Origin: Escherichia coli
Lineage (GTDB): Bacteria; Pseudomonadota; Gammaproteobacteria; Enterobacterales; Enterobacteriaceae
DNA: 64,000 nucleotides
Reading direction: 5' to 3' (one strand)
Assembly: GCF_048403405.1 (NCBI RefSeq)
Contig: NZ_CP183129.1
Shown here: one piece after another, positions 1-10,330 of the stretch
Layout: each line of letters starts with the position of its first letter
Numbering within the stretch: the first letter of the stretch is position 1
Notes under the pieces: generated by a model
The model's input: the letters and a program-made list of their open reading frames with translations, nothing else
Told to the model about the DNA's origin: nothing
Database searches by the model: none
Translations under genes and position numbers: made by a program

Positions 1-468
1 ATCTGCTCGGTGTACCGCGAAAGCGACATCGTACCGGGAGAGCAGACCGCCACCAGCATATTGAAACAACGCACAAAAAATCTTGCACCGTTGCCTTACG
101 CCCACCAGCAACAAAAACCACCACAGGAAAAGACGGTGGTAAGCATCAACGTTGATCCAGAGTCTCCGGAATCTTTCATGAAGCTGCCTAAACGTCGCCG
201 CTGGGTTAAGGAGAAATACACTCGTTGGGTTAAGACACAGCCGTGTGCTTGCTGCGGTATGCCAGCCGACGATCCGCATCATCTGATTGGTCACGGGCAG
301 GGCGGAATGGGAACAAAAGCACATGATCTCTTTGTGTTGCCTTTGTGCAGAAAGCATCACAACGAGCTGCATACGGATACAGTGGCATTTGAAGAGAAGT
401 ATGGCTCCCAACTGGAGCTGATATTTCGTTTTATCGATCGCGCGCTGGCAACTGGCGTACTGGCGTAA
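1..468 (+). CDS. ydfU: DUF968-family prophage protein (YdfU-like), C-terminal part; 5-prime end outside window
   Basis: Frame open from position 1; HNH-like Cys/His motifs (CACCGMPADDPHHLIGHGQGG, CRKHHNELH); sits directly upstream of Q as in K-12 Qin. Confidence 0.7.
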   Translation: MCSVYRESDIVPGEQTATSILKQRTKNLAPLPYAHQQQKPPQEKTVVSINVDPESPESFMKLPKRRRWVKEKYTRWVKTQPCACCGMPADDPHHLIGHGQGGMGTKAHDLFVLPLCRKHHNELHTDTVAFEEKYGSQLELIFRFIDRALATGVLA

Positions 469-481
469 GTGGAGAACGAGC

Positions 482-1234
482 ATGAACCTTGAAGCCTTAC
501 CAAAATATTACTCCCCAAAATCTCTAAAATTGAGCGATGACGCTCCAGCGACAGGCACCGGTTGTTTAACAATTACGGATGTAATGGCAGCGCAGGGGAT
601 GGTGCAGTCGAAAGCACCACTTGGGTTGGCCTTATTTCTGGCAAAAGTTGGTGTTCAGGACCCTCAGTTTGCGATTGAAGGCCTGCTAAATTACGCGATG
701 GCACTGGATAACCCGACATTGAACAAATTGAGTGAAGAAAGCCGGTTACAGATTATTCCTTACCTCGTGAATTTTGCCTTTGCTGATTACTCCAGGTCTG
801 CGGCAAGTAAGGCTCGCTGTGAGCATTGTTCAGGTACGGGATTTTATAATGTATTGCGCGAAGTGGTGAAACACTACAGACGCGGGGAATCTGTAATCAA
901 GGAAGAATGGGTAAAGGAACTATGTCAGCATTGCCATGGTAAGGGCGAAGTCAGCACAGCGTGCAGAGGGTGTAAGGGTAAAGGGATTGTTCTGGATGAA
1001 AAAAGAACCCGGTTTCATGGCGTACCGGTATATAAGATTTGTGGGCGTTGTAATGGAAACCGGTTTAGTCGTTTACCGACCACGCTGGCACGACGTCATG
1101 TCCAGAAGCTGGTACCAGACCTGACCGATTATCAGTGGTATAAGGGGTATGCGGACGTCATTGATAAACTGGTAACAAAGTGCTGGCAGGAAGAAGCATA
1201 CGCGGAAGCGCAATTGAGGAAGGTGACGAGATAA
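482..1234 (+). CDS. quuQ: late-gene antiterminator Q
   Basis: 250 aa, near-identical to recalled K-12 QuuQ ([14 protein letters not shown]...), with Cys-rich zinc-binding motifs. Confidence 0.85.
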   Translation: MNLEALPKYYSPKSLKLSDDAPATGTGCLTITDVMAAQGMVQSKAPLGLALFLAKVGVQDPQFAIEGLLNYAMALDNPTLNKLSEESRLQIIPYLVNFAFADYSRSAASKARCEHCSGTGFYNVLREVVKHYRRGESVIKEEWVKELCQHCHGKGEVSTACRGCKGKGIVLDEKRTRFHGVPVYKICGRCNGNRFSRLPTTLARRHVQKLVPDLTDYQWYKGYADVIDKLVTKCWQEEAYAEAQLRKVTR

Positions 1235-1337
1235 ATGATTTTTGCTGAAGATGGCGACATGATGTTTGCATTTTTCAAAAAACATGGATAAGATTTTCTC
1301 AACGATGGGCTTTGTGTATCCGACGTTTAGAAAAAAG

Positions 1338-1367
1338 TAGAAAACCCGCTTATAAGCGGGTTTTTGT
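1338..1367. terminator. hairpin plus T-run between quuQ and the csp remnant
   Basis: aaaacccgcttataagcgggttttt: GC stem, loop, U-tract; readable on both strands. Confidence 0.5.
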
Positions 1368-1399
1368 GCTTTAAATGGGGCAATAGAGATATTGAATCT

Positions 1400-1611
1400 C
1401 ATCCCGGGATAAACATTGGCAGTTGAAGGTCCACGCGAACCATTTATCCGGCAAAATTCCACGCGTAATCCTGTGGTAATTTCTTCTGCATCTCGAAGAT
1501 TGAGAGCTGAAACGTGAAGCTGGGCATCGATACGCCATCGGATGGGAATATAAGACCTTTGCTGCTTTTGTAGTCAAAGTTTTTGACAATTCCTGTCATT
1601 TTAGGGGACAG
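1400..1611 (-). pseudogene. cspF/cspH-family cold-shock gene remnant (start codon lost, 1-bp deletion, stop lost)
   Basis: Minus-strand frame gives [22 protein letters not shown], then the next frame gives [42 protein letters not shown]; ancestral ATG position reads CTG; no stop after ANVY. Confidence 0.6.
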
Positions 1612-1909
1612 AAAAACTCCTTAATACTGATAACCTGGTGCACCATACACACGTTCCTGGAGAAAACTACTTTTTTGATAGGGTTGAAGGTGGCTGGATG
1701 TCTAAAATAAACATTGCTTCATATGTTCAACTATGAGTTAATGACTGCGTCGGTTTGAAGAACAGACGATATACGAAGTAGTTTACTAAAGCAGTTCTCA
1801 TTTCAGGTGTTATTCACTTATTCCTTCTTTGAGTCTCTCCAATTAAGTACGAAGTCGTTTCTGTTATGCAAACCATTTATGCCGAAAGGCTCAAGTTAAG
1901 GAATGTAGA

Positions 1910-2125
1910 ATGTCAAATAAAATGACTGGTTTAGTAAAATGGTTTAACGCTGATAAAGGTTTCGGCTTTATTTCTCCTGTTGATGGTAGTAAAGATGTGT
2001 TTGTGCATTTTTCTGCGATTCAGAATGATAATTATCGAACCTTATTTGAAGGTCAAAAGGTTACCTTCTCTATAGAGAGTGGTGCTAAAGGTCCTGCAGC
2101 AGCAAATGTCATCATTACTGATTAA
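1910..2125 (+). CDS. cspB: cold-shock protein, CspB-like
   Basis: 71 aa, [38 protein letters not shown]... with RNP motifs; long AT-rich 5-prime UTR; terminator downstream. Confidence 0.85.
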   Translation: MSNKMTGLVKWFNADKGFGFISPVDGSKDVFVHFSAIQNDNYRTLFEGQKVTFSIESGAKGPAAANVIITD

Positions 2126-2405
2126 AATTCATCGCTCGTCTGTATACGATAACGAAGAAGGCTGATGCCTGAGTAGAGATACGGACAGAGTAGTGAATAT
2201 TGGATCTCTTTAATAAAAAGTAAGGAGGTCCAATACATGAAACAATGGCCAGCATATTTGGCAAAATCTTAATCAGGAAAAGTATGCTAACCATTGTGGT
2301 GAAGTGCAGGTTTGCTGCATGAATAGTTTCACAGCAGAAGCTAACTGCTGGCATCGCAAAACAAAGTGCGTAAGTGGATGACTCCCACAAAAAGCACCAC
2401 AATCT

Positions 2406-2429
2406 CAAACCCGCTCAGGCGGGTTTTTT
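2406..2429 (+). terminator. rho-independent terminator after cspB
   Basis: aaacccgctcaggcgggtttttt. Confidence 0.6.
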
Positions 2430-2488
2430 ATTATCTGCTTTAAATATATTATTAAAATATAAAAAATACTTGTTACTAATAAAATCAA

Positions 2489-2660
2489 TCAGGCTACAGC
2501 TTTAAGATTTGTCTGGAATACTTTGTTGCAATGAGGGCAGATCAAAAGGGCACCTTTTTGTACTCTTGAAAAACTGTGTTCTGACTCTTGGGTGCAGTTT
2601 GGGCAGGAACATTTAACGAGATAATTACGGCGTGATTTTGAGTCTTTACGTTCTGACATA
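2489..2660 (-). CDS. small zinc-ribbon protein (56 aa), probably the YnfU equivalent
   Basis: MSERKDSKSRRNYLVKCSCPNCTQESEHSFSRVQKGALLICPHCNKVF...; two CxxC pairs; AGGA about 8 nt upstream of the ATG. Confidence 0.5.
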
Positions 2661-2878
2661 GGCTTTTCCTGTATAAATGGCCGTATACAGTACACTAAAT
2701 ATGAAAACATTTCTCGTATTATTATTTTATATGTGACTTTCTTTCAAAATAATTACCCACATTTTTAATGTGTATGTTTTTTTAGCGCCGTTGAGAACAA
2801 CGTGTGCTGTCAAAACTACCCCGTAGACTCCGATCTTTTCAAACATATTGCACCATCCGTGTACATCGGGGTGAGGAT

Positions 2879-3094
2879 ATGAAATCAATGGATAAGTTAA
2901 CAACAGGTGTTGCCTATGGCACATCGGCGGGTAATGCTGGTTTCTGGGCATTGCAGTTACTCGATAAAGTAACTCCGTCACAGTGGGCTGCAATCGGTGT
3001 GCTGGGTAGCCTGGTTTTTGGCCTGCTGACGTATCTGACAAATCTTTATTTCAAGATTAAAGAAGACAGGCGTAAGGCTGCGAGAGGAGAGTAA
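2879..3094 (+). CDS. essQ: phage 21 S-type holin (pinholin) with dual-start motif
   Basis: 71 aa, [26 protein letters not shown]...[15 protein letters not shown], matches recalled S21; Met1 and Met4 give the holin/antiholin start pair. Confidence 0.85.
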   Translation: MKSMDKLTTGVAYGTSAGNAGFWALQLLDKVTPSQWAAIGVLGSLVFGLLTYLTNLYFKIKEDRRKAARGE

Positions 3095-3098
3095 TCCA

Positions 3099-3650
3099 AT
3101 GACTCAAGACTATGAACTGGTTGTGAAAGGAGTCCGTAATTTTGAGAATAAAGTTACGGTAACTGTAGCCTTACGGGACAAAAAACACTTTGACGGTGAA
3201 ATTTTTGACCTGGACATCTCGCTGGACCGTGTTGAAGGTGCCGCGCTGGAGTTTTATGAGGCAGCAGCCAGAAGGAGCATCAGACAGGTCTTCCTGGATG
3301 TTGCTGCCGGGTTATGTGAAGGGGATGAGCAGTCGCCGGAAAAGCGCCCCATAATTTTAGAGGCGCAGAATGTGTGGATAACCTACAAAGGAAAGCTACC
3401 GGGAAGAATTACTGGTTCTCTGAAGACGCCACCGACGGCATTGCGGTCAGAAAAAGATGATATTGAATCGCCCATTGAAAAACTGGAGGGCAGCGTCGCT
3501 GATCTGAATAAAAAATTGTCGGTGCTGATTCCTTCTGAAGATGAAAAAAAACGCCGCGATGAGCAGTTTGCGGCGTTTTACGATTATTGCATTGAAGTTA
3601 CTCGCAGGAATTTTGTGAAGATTTTTGAGGAGGGTAAATCTCTTCAGTAA
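3099..3650 (+). CDS. YdfR-like protein with divergent, extended C-terminus (183 aa)
   Basis: N-terminal ~75 aa match recalled K-12 YdfR (MTQDYELVVKGVRNFENKVTVTVAL...); remainder differs and is longer than the 103-aa K-12 protein; lies between holin and endolysin. Confidence 0.55.
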   Translation: MTQDYELVVKGVRNFENKVTVTVALRDKKHFDGEIFDLDISLDRVEGAALEFYEAAARRSIRQVFLDVAAGLCEGDEQSPEKRPIILEAQNVWITYKGKLPGRITGSLKTPPTALRSEKDDIESPIEKLEGSVADLNKKLSVLIPSEDEKKRRDEQFAAFYDYCIEVTRRNFVKIFEEGKSLQ

Positions 3651-3858
3651 GCTTATTGGCGGACGCTGCAATTAATTCAGGAAGGTCCGCAAGGTCATCT
3701 GTCAGTGGATATGATGAAAAATCGGCGGCAGTTCTGTTAAGAAGCGCTTTAACTAATTCCTTTTCCTTCTCCGGCAACAAGTTGATTAGAGCTACGACTG
3801 CTTGCCTGAGTGCGATTAAATCAGCAAAAGTTTGTTTAGGTAGATTTGTGTAATCCAT
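3598..3858 (-). CDS. hypothetical acidic 86-aa protein, convergent with and overlapping the 3-prime end of the YdfR-like ORF
   Basis: ATG with AGAGG about 7 nt upstream; predicted helical, acidic; no recognised family. Confidence 0.35.
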   Translation of the reverse strand: MDYTNLPKQTFADLIALRQAVVALINLLPEKEKELVKALLNRTAADFSSYPLTDDLADLPELIAASANKLTEEIYPPQKSSQNSCE

Positions 3859-3971
3859 AGTCGCCTCTGTGTTTATCAGATTGACATCCTCCTCCCGCCA
3901 GTGCCCATCACTGGTGAGGTAAGATTTAACATATCCGGGGATTTGAAGCCGATAAATCCTGATAAATATCC

Positions 3972-4999
<1,028 letters not shown>

Positions 5000-5362
5000 A
5001 TTAATATTAAATCGGATTATTTTTAGCGCTGAATGTGAAATTTAAATAAAAAGGACTCTTCCATGAGTCAAAATCCTTGAAATCTTAAGGGTAAGATAAA
5101 AGGTCATTAGACAGAATGACACGTTTTATTAATAAATAAAGCTATTGTTTCATTCGTGTGTTTTTCTTTACAAAAGTAATCCTTGCTATGGTTGGTTAAT
5201 CATGCGTTAATGGTGTTCTGGTTTGTTACAAAATTATCTGAAGCAGTCATTGTTATAATTTTATTATTTGTACCTCTTGAGATTTCCTTGTTGGTTTTTC
5301 TCTCTGATATTTTTTTTCGGACCATTCTGCCCAAGGGCTAACTTCTTCAAAAGGTAATAATG

Positions 5363-5575
5363 ATGTCTAACAAAATGACTGGTTTAGTGAAATGGTTTAA
5401 CCCTGAAAAAGGTTTTGGTTTCATCACGCCGAAAGATGGTAGCAAAGATGTGTTTGTCCATTTCTCAGCTATTCAGAGCAACGATTTCAAAACGTTAACT
5501 GAGAATCAGGAAGTCGAATTTGGTATTGAGAACGGACCTAAAGGCCCCGCGGCTGTTCATGTTGTGGCACTTTGA
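5363..5575 (+). CDS. cspI: cold-shock protein, CspI-like
   Basis: 70 aa, [43 protein letters not shown]...; long AT-rich leader. Confidence 0.85.
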   Translation: MSNKMTGLVKWFNPEKGFGFITPKDGSKDVFVHFSAIQSNDFKTLTENQEVEFGIENGPKGPAAVHVVAL

Positions 5576-5775
5576 GGTAGATAATATTACAAACCATATT
5601 CACTTTAGATGCCCGTGTTGCCATGGTTCTCAGTATAGAACATCATCTTTTGATGTTTCTGACAGGAATCCTTTCGGGGCAAAATGTATCTTTTGTAAAT
5701 CAATGATGATTACATTTGATAATATTTCACAATACTTAAATGTTAGCCGTCTATCGTTAGATTTAAGAAAGTGAA

Positions 5776-5801
5776 AATGAAGGCTCCTTCGGGAGCTTTT
5801 T
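5776..5801 (+). terminator. rho-independent terminator downstream of cspI
   Basis: gaaggctccttcgggagcttttttt. Confidence 0.55.
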
Positions 5802-5846
5802 TTCTTAGTGTCTAGTCGATGGATACTCACATAATACGGTAACATT

Positions 5847-6077
5847 ATGAAAAAAATAATAGTTTTTTTTAACTCTGAACCAGCAATGGTAGTGCCAGTG
5901 ATGACCGGAGTTAACACCATCATGCGTGAATATCCAAATGGCGAAACAACACACCTCACTGTAATGGCTGCAGGGTTTCCATCTCTGACCGGAGATCATA
6001 AAATCATTTATGTAGCAGCGGATCGACATGTAACTTCAGAAGAAATTCTGGAAGCAGCAATGAGACTCTTGAATTGA
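5847..6077 (+). CDS. hypothetical small protein (76 aa) between cspI and gnsB
   Basis: ORF with upstream purine-rich stretch; occupies the ynfN position of K-12 Qin; identity not confirmed. Confidence 0.45.
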   Translation: MKKIIVFFNSEPAMVVPVMTGVNTIMREYPNGETTHLTVMAAGFPSLTGDHKIIYVAADRHVTSEEILEAAMRLLN

Positions 6078-6249
6078 TTTGATTCTAATGCATTGATAAT
6101 AAATGATAATCATCTTTATCTGTTTGTGTGAAATTTAGACCGTCGTATGTTGATTATTGCGATGTTTCATCTTATCTTTTATACGTTTGCTCCATATAAT
6201 TGACACTACTGTGTACCAGGAAAGTCATAACAGACTAAAAGAGGAAATG

Positions 6250-6423
6250 ATGAACATTGAAGAGTTAAAAACAAAAACAGAAGCAGATATTTCTGAATAT
6301 ATAACAAAAAAAATCATTGAGCTTAAGAAAAAGACCGGGAAAGAAGTTACCAGTATCCAGTTTACTGCACGGGAAAAAATGACTGGTCTTGAAAGCTATG
6401 ATATCAAGATTGATTTAATCTAG
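6250..6423 (+). CDS. gnsB: GnsA/GnsB-family small protein
   Basis: 57 aa, MNIEELKTKTEADISEYITKKIIELKKKTGKEVTSIQFTAREKMTGLESYDIKIDLI; close to recalled GnsB. Confidence 0.8.
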   Translation: MNIEELKTKTEADISEYITKKIIELKKKTGKEVTSIQFTAREKMTGLESYDIKIDLI

Positions 6424-6716
6424 TCTGTTTAGTATTAGCATCAATTTCTCATCAGATGCTATTCAACAATACAAATTACCCATAAACCTCGTTTTTACGG
6501 GGTTTTGTTATATTTAAACATTACCGAATAGGTATAAATCTCGATTGTCGATGGTATTGGTTGTGTGACAATACCTAGTCTTTCCGGTATGCCTGATGAG
6601 AATACAAACGACAGATTATGTAAGGGAAACGCGCTGAATCTTTAACTCTTTCATGCTGAGTGATTTGACGTTATATTTTTAGCCGTAAGTGAAGAGCAAA
6701 CGCATGGAGCGACAAA

Positions 6717-6923
6717 ATGCATAAAGATCAATACACTGATGCCCCCTCCCAGGAGCAGGTTCGTGTAAAAACTATGCTTAATAGCACCATTTCGATGGGT
6801 TACCCGGATGTTGTAATTGCATGTATAGAACATCAAGTGTCTCTGGAAGCATTCAGGGCAATTGAGGCCGCGTTAGTAAAGCACGATAAGAATACGAAGG
6901 ATTATTCCCTGGTGGTTGACTGA
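6717..6923 (+). CDS. hypothetical protein (68 aa)
   Basis: ATG preceded by GGAG; no family recognised. Confidence 0.35.
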   Translation: MHKDQYTDAPSQEQVRVKTMLNSTISMGYPDVVIACIEHQVSLEAFRAIEAALVKHDKNTKDYSLVVD

Positions 6924-7286
6924 TCACCATAACTGCTAACCATTCTGACCATTTCACAAGTGACAGAGTCAATATCGTATTCTGTCACTGTCAGGCTAAT
7001 ACAGCAATGCAATTCAACTACAGCAATGCCTCGTATTTAGGTGAATTTACAATATCGTCCAGTTCGGATGCCGGCTGCATTTCTGAAGATAAGGCATTTC
7101 GGTTCTCGTATTTTCCCCTCATGCTCGTCAGTCCTGCGCGTAGTAAGAAACAGGACACTCACACTAATTTGTGTGGGCATGCTGTGATGTCCTTCTGAAT
7201 TATCCCCATGCCATTATGTAAAGCTCTGTTAAAGATGCTCGTCACGGTTGTCAGGCTGTCGGGTCCTCCCAGTGGGGGGCCCTGCC

Positions 7287-7306
7287 ACGGGGCGGGAGCG
7301 TCGCGG
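7287..7306. promoter_or_regulatory. cohesive-end site (cosN-like) for terminase
   Basis: ACGGGGCGGGAGCGTCGCGG closely parallels lambda cosN context ACGGGGCGGCGACCTCGCGG; lies ~185 bp upstream of the terminase small subunit start, as in lambda. Confidence 0.65.
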
Positions 7307-7473
7307 AAAAAGGCTAGTTTTTGCATTTCCATGGCGGCGGCAGCATGTTTGGTAATTTATTGATAATTAAAAGTTATTTCCCTTTTCACCTGTACAATAT
7401 TTTTTTCTTCCTGTCATTAGACCAGTTTGCAATTAATTGAAATATATAAATAAACCTGATTTTCACCTGCCAG

Positions 7474-8013
7474 ATGGAGTTGCTTATGTCAAATGTGAGC
7501 GGGATCGGTGATGCTTATTACTGGAGTGTTTTTAAAATCGCCGAGGCCTTTGGGCTTCACCGGGACACAGTAAAAAAACGGCTCCTCGCGGCCAACACTC
7601 CTGTGGCTGCGACTGTCAGGGGGAACCCCGTTTACGCCCTGCAGCATGTCGGGCCCGCCCTGTTTAGTGTGAAGCATGAGGCAGCAGACTCTGTTCATGA
7701 TCCATCCCGTATGGAGCCGAAAGAGAGAAAGGACTGGTACCAGTCTGAAAATGAAAGGATCAAGCTGGAAAAGGAGCAGCGAAAACTCATCCCAGTTGAT
7801 GAAGTAGTCATCGTCTATTCGTCCATGAGAAAGGCTGTCGTCCAGGTTCTGGAGACAATTCCGGATGTTCTTGAACGCGATTGCGCTCTGACTCCTCAGG
7901 CCGTCGGCGTTGTACAGCAGGCCATTGATGACCTGCGATACACTCTTCAGGAAAAATCCTACGAGGCTTGTGCTGCTGAATTAATTCCTGATGAGGAAGG
8001 AGAGAGTCTCTAG
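7474..8013 (+). CDS. terminase small subunit
   Basis: 179 aa; N-terminal helix-turn-helix (SVFKIAEAFGLHRDTVKKRL); immediately upstream of the large subunit and downstream of cos. Confidence 0.7.
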   Translation: MELLMSNVSGIGDAYYWSVFKIAEAFGLHRDTVKKRLLAANTPVAATVRGNPVYALQHVGPALFSVKHEAADSVHDPSRMEPKERKDWYQSENERIKLEKEQRKLIPVDEVVIVYSSMRKAVVQVLETIPDVLERDCALTPQAVGVVQQAIDDLRYTLQEKSYEACAAELIPDEEGESL

Positions 8014-8021
8014 GAGGAATA

Positions 8022-10121
8022 ATGGGTTTTTCATCAGCCCGAAATTTGGGAAGGGACATATCGGCAGGATTTTCCCCACCACGTCGCATGCCGATTTCGG
8101 AGGCTGTTAAAAAATTCATGCGTGTTCCCAAGGGGGCTGGTAACTCGGTGCCATGGGATCCTGAACTGACACCCTACATCATTGAGCCCATGAACTGCCT
8201 GGCATCGCGTGAATACGATGCGGTGATTTTTGTTGGTCCTGCGCGAACAGGGAAGACCATTGGTCTGATCGATGGATGGATTGTCTATACCATCGTTTGC
8301 GATCCTTCGGACATGCTCGTTGTGCAGATGACCGAAGATAAGGCCCGCGAGCATTCTAAAAAGCGCCTCGACAGAACGTTCAGAAGCAGTGCGGCGGTAA
8401 AGAAAAGAATGAGTCCACGTCGTAACGACAATAATGTCCATGATAAGACGTTCAGGGATGGCTCGTTCCTTAAAATTGGTTGGCCCTCGGTCAACATTAT
8501 GTCGTCGTCGGATTACCGGTTTGTCGCCTTAACCGATTACGACCGTTTTCCGGAGAATATCGACAGCGAGGGTGATGGTTTCTCCCTGGCCTCAAAACGT
8601 ACCACCACATTTATGTCCGCCGGGATGACTCTGGTGGAGAGCTCGCCGGGACGTGACATCTGCGACAGCAAATGGCGACGTAAGTCGCCTCATGAAGCGC
8701 CACCGACGACTGGTATTCTTTCCCTTTACAATCGTGGTGACCGCCGCCGCTGGTACTGGCCATGTCCGCACTGCGGTGAATATTTTCAGCCAGCTATGGA
8801 TGCCATGACCGGCTACCGTAATGAACCGGATCCCTTTAAAGCCAGTGAGGCGGCGTATCTACTTTGCCCGCACTGCAGCGGCATTATCACTGCGGAGAAA
8901 AAGCGTGAGCTCAATAGTGCAGGAGTCTGGTTGCGTGAAGGTCAGGTCATTGATCGTAACGGCAACGTTTCCGGTGAACCGCGCCGCTCCCGTATCGCCA
9001 GTTTCTGGATGGAAGGGCCAGCTGCTGCGTATCAGACCTGGGCGCAACTGGTTTACAAATTACTGACTGCAGAACAGGAGTATGAAGCGACAGGAAGCGA
9101 AGAAACACTCAGGGCGGTTATCAACACCGACTGGGGATTGCCTTATCTTCCTCGTGCCAGCATGGAGCAACGAAAAAGTGAACTGCTTGAGCAGCGGGCA
9201 GAGCCAGTTCCTTCCTGCAGTGTGCCGGATGGCGTTAATTTCCTTGTGGCGACAGTGGATGTGCAGGCGGGACGTCATCGCCGTTTTGTGGTTCAGGTAA
9301 CTGGCTATGGCAGTCGTGGCGAACGCTGGATTATTGATCGTTACAATATCACGCAGTCATTGCGCAGTGACTGCGACGGGGAGAGCCAGCGAATTGATCC
9401 GGCCAGCTATCCGGAAGACTGGGATGTCCTGCTGACGGATGTTTTTCATAAAAGCTGGCCGCTGGCCTCCGATCCTTCTCAACAAATGCGACTGATGGCA
9501 ATGGCGGTGGACTCCGGCGGTGAAGACGGGGTCACTGATAATGCCTATAAATTCTGGCGTCGTTGCCGTCGTGATGGCCTTGGTAAACGTATTTACCTGT
9601 TTAAGGGCGACAGCATCCGGCGCGCAAAACTGATCACCCGTACATTCCCTGATAACACCGGACGAACGGGCCGACGGGCGCAGGCCGCAGGTGATGTGCC
9701 GCTCTGGCTTCTTCAGACGGATGCACTGAAAGACCGGGTGAATAACGCGTTATGGCGTGACTCGCCAGGTCCCGGCTATGTGCATTTCCCTGACTGGCTG
9801 GGGAGCTGGTTTTACGACGAACTGACGTATGAAGAGCGGAGCAGTGACGGGAAATGGAGTAAGCCGGGTCGCGGTGCCAACGAAGCTTTTGACCTGATGG
9901 TGTATGCCGAGGCTCTGGTCATTCTGCATGGATACGAAAAGATCCGCTGGCCGGATGCACCGGAGTGGGCGAGCCGGGAAACCTGGCTGGAGTGTGTCCC
10001 GGACAGTACCGAACCGTCACCCTCACCGGAACCGGTATCCACGCCTGTTAAAAAACAAAAACGGAAGAAAACAGTAACTGACGATGTTAACCCCTGGCTG
10101 ACTTCCGGAGGATGGTTATGA
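8022..10121 (+). CDS. terminase large subunit (lambda GpA family)
   Basis: 699 aa; Walker A motif GPARTGKT; C-terminal nuclease-like region; gene order. Confidence 0.9.
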   Translation: MGFSSARNLGRDISAGFSPPRRMPISEAVKKFMRVPKGAGNSVPWDPELTPYIIEPMNCLASREYDAVIFVGPARTGKTIGLIDGWIVYTIVCDPSDMLVVQMTEDKAREHSKKRLDRTFRSSAAVKKRMSPRRNDNNVHDKTFRDGSFLKIGWPSVNIMSSSDYRFVALTDYDRFPENIDSEGDGFSLASKRTTTFMSAGMTLVESSPGRDICDSKWRRKSPHEAPPTTGILSLYNRGDRRRWYWPCPHCGEYFQPAMDAMTGYRNEPDPFKASEAAYLLCPHCSGIITAEKKRELNSAGVWLREGQVIDRNGNVSGEPRRSRIASFWMEGPAAAYQTWAQLVYKLLTAEQEYEATGSEETLRAVINTDWGLPYLPRASMEQRKSELLEQRAEPVPSCSVPDGVNFLVATVDVQAGRHRRFVVQVTGYGSRGERWIIDRYNITQSLRSDCDGESQRIDPASYPEDWDVLLTDVFHKSWPLASDPSQQMRLMAMAVDSGGEDGVTDNAYKFWRRCRRDGLGKRIYLFKGDSIRRAKLITRTFPDNTGRTGRRAQAAGDVPLWLLQTDALKDRVNNALWRDSPGPGYVHFPDWLGSWFYDELTYEERSSDGKWSKPGRGANEAFDLMVYAEALVILHGYEKIRWPDAPEWASRETWLECVPDSTEPSPSPEPVSTPVKKQKRKKTVTDDVNPWLTSGGWL

Positions 10122-10330
10122 ACCAGAATGATATCGAAGCCATGATTCAGCGTTATACGGAAGCTGAAATGGCGGTGCTGGACGGAAAATCCGTCACCTT
10201 TAATGGTCAGCAGATGACCATGGAAAACTTATCTGAGATCCGGCAGGGACGGCAGGAGTGGGAGCGCCGCCTTGCGGCTCTGATTACACGACGACGGGGG
10301 CATCCCGGGTACCGGCTGGCGAGGTTCTGA
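10112..10330 (+). CDS. head-tail joining protein (gpW-like)
   Basis: 72 aa; C-terminal RRRGHPGYRL resembles lambda gpW tail; position between terminase and portal. Confidence 0.7.
   Translation: MVMNQNDIEAMIQRYTEAEMAVLDGKSVTFNGQQMTMENLSEIRQGRQEWERRLAALITRRRGHPGYRLARF

Noticed and set aside
1235-2880. tRNA genes between Q and the holin, as in many Stx phages
   Set aside because: No cloverleaf-compatible T-loop or acceptor motifs seen; the interval is filled by csp genes and their leaders.
3656-3853. 65-aa plus-strand ORF antisense to the 86-aa minus-strand ORF
   Set aside because: No RBS and Ser/Ala-rich low complexity; the minus-strand frame has the RBS and more protein-like composition.
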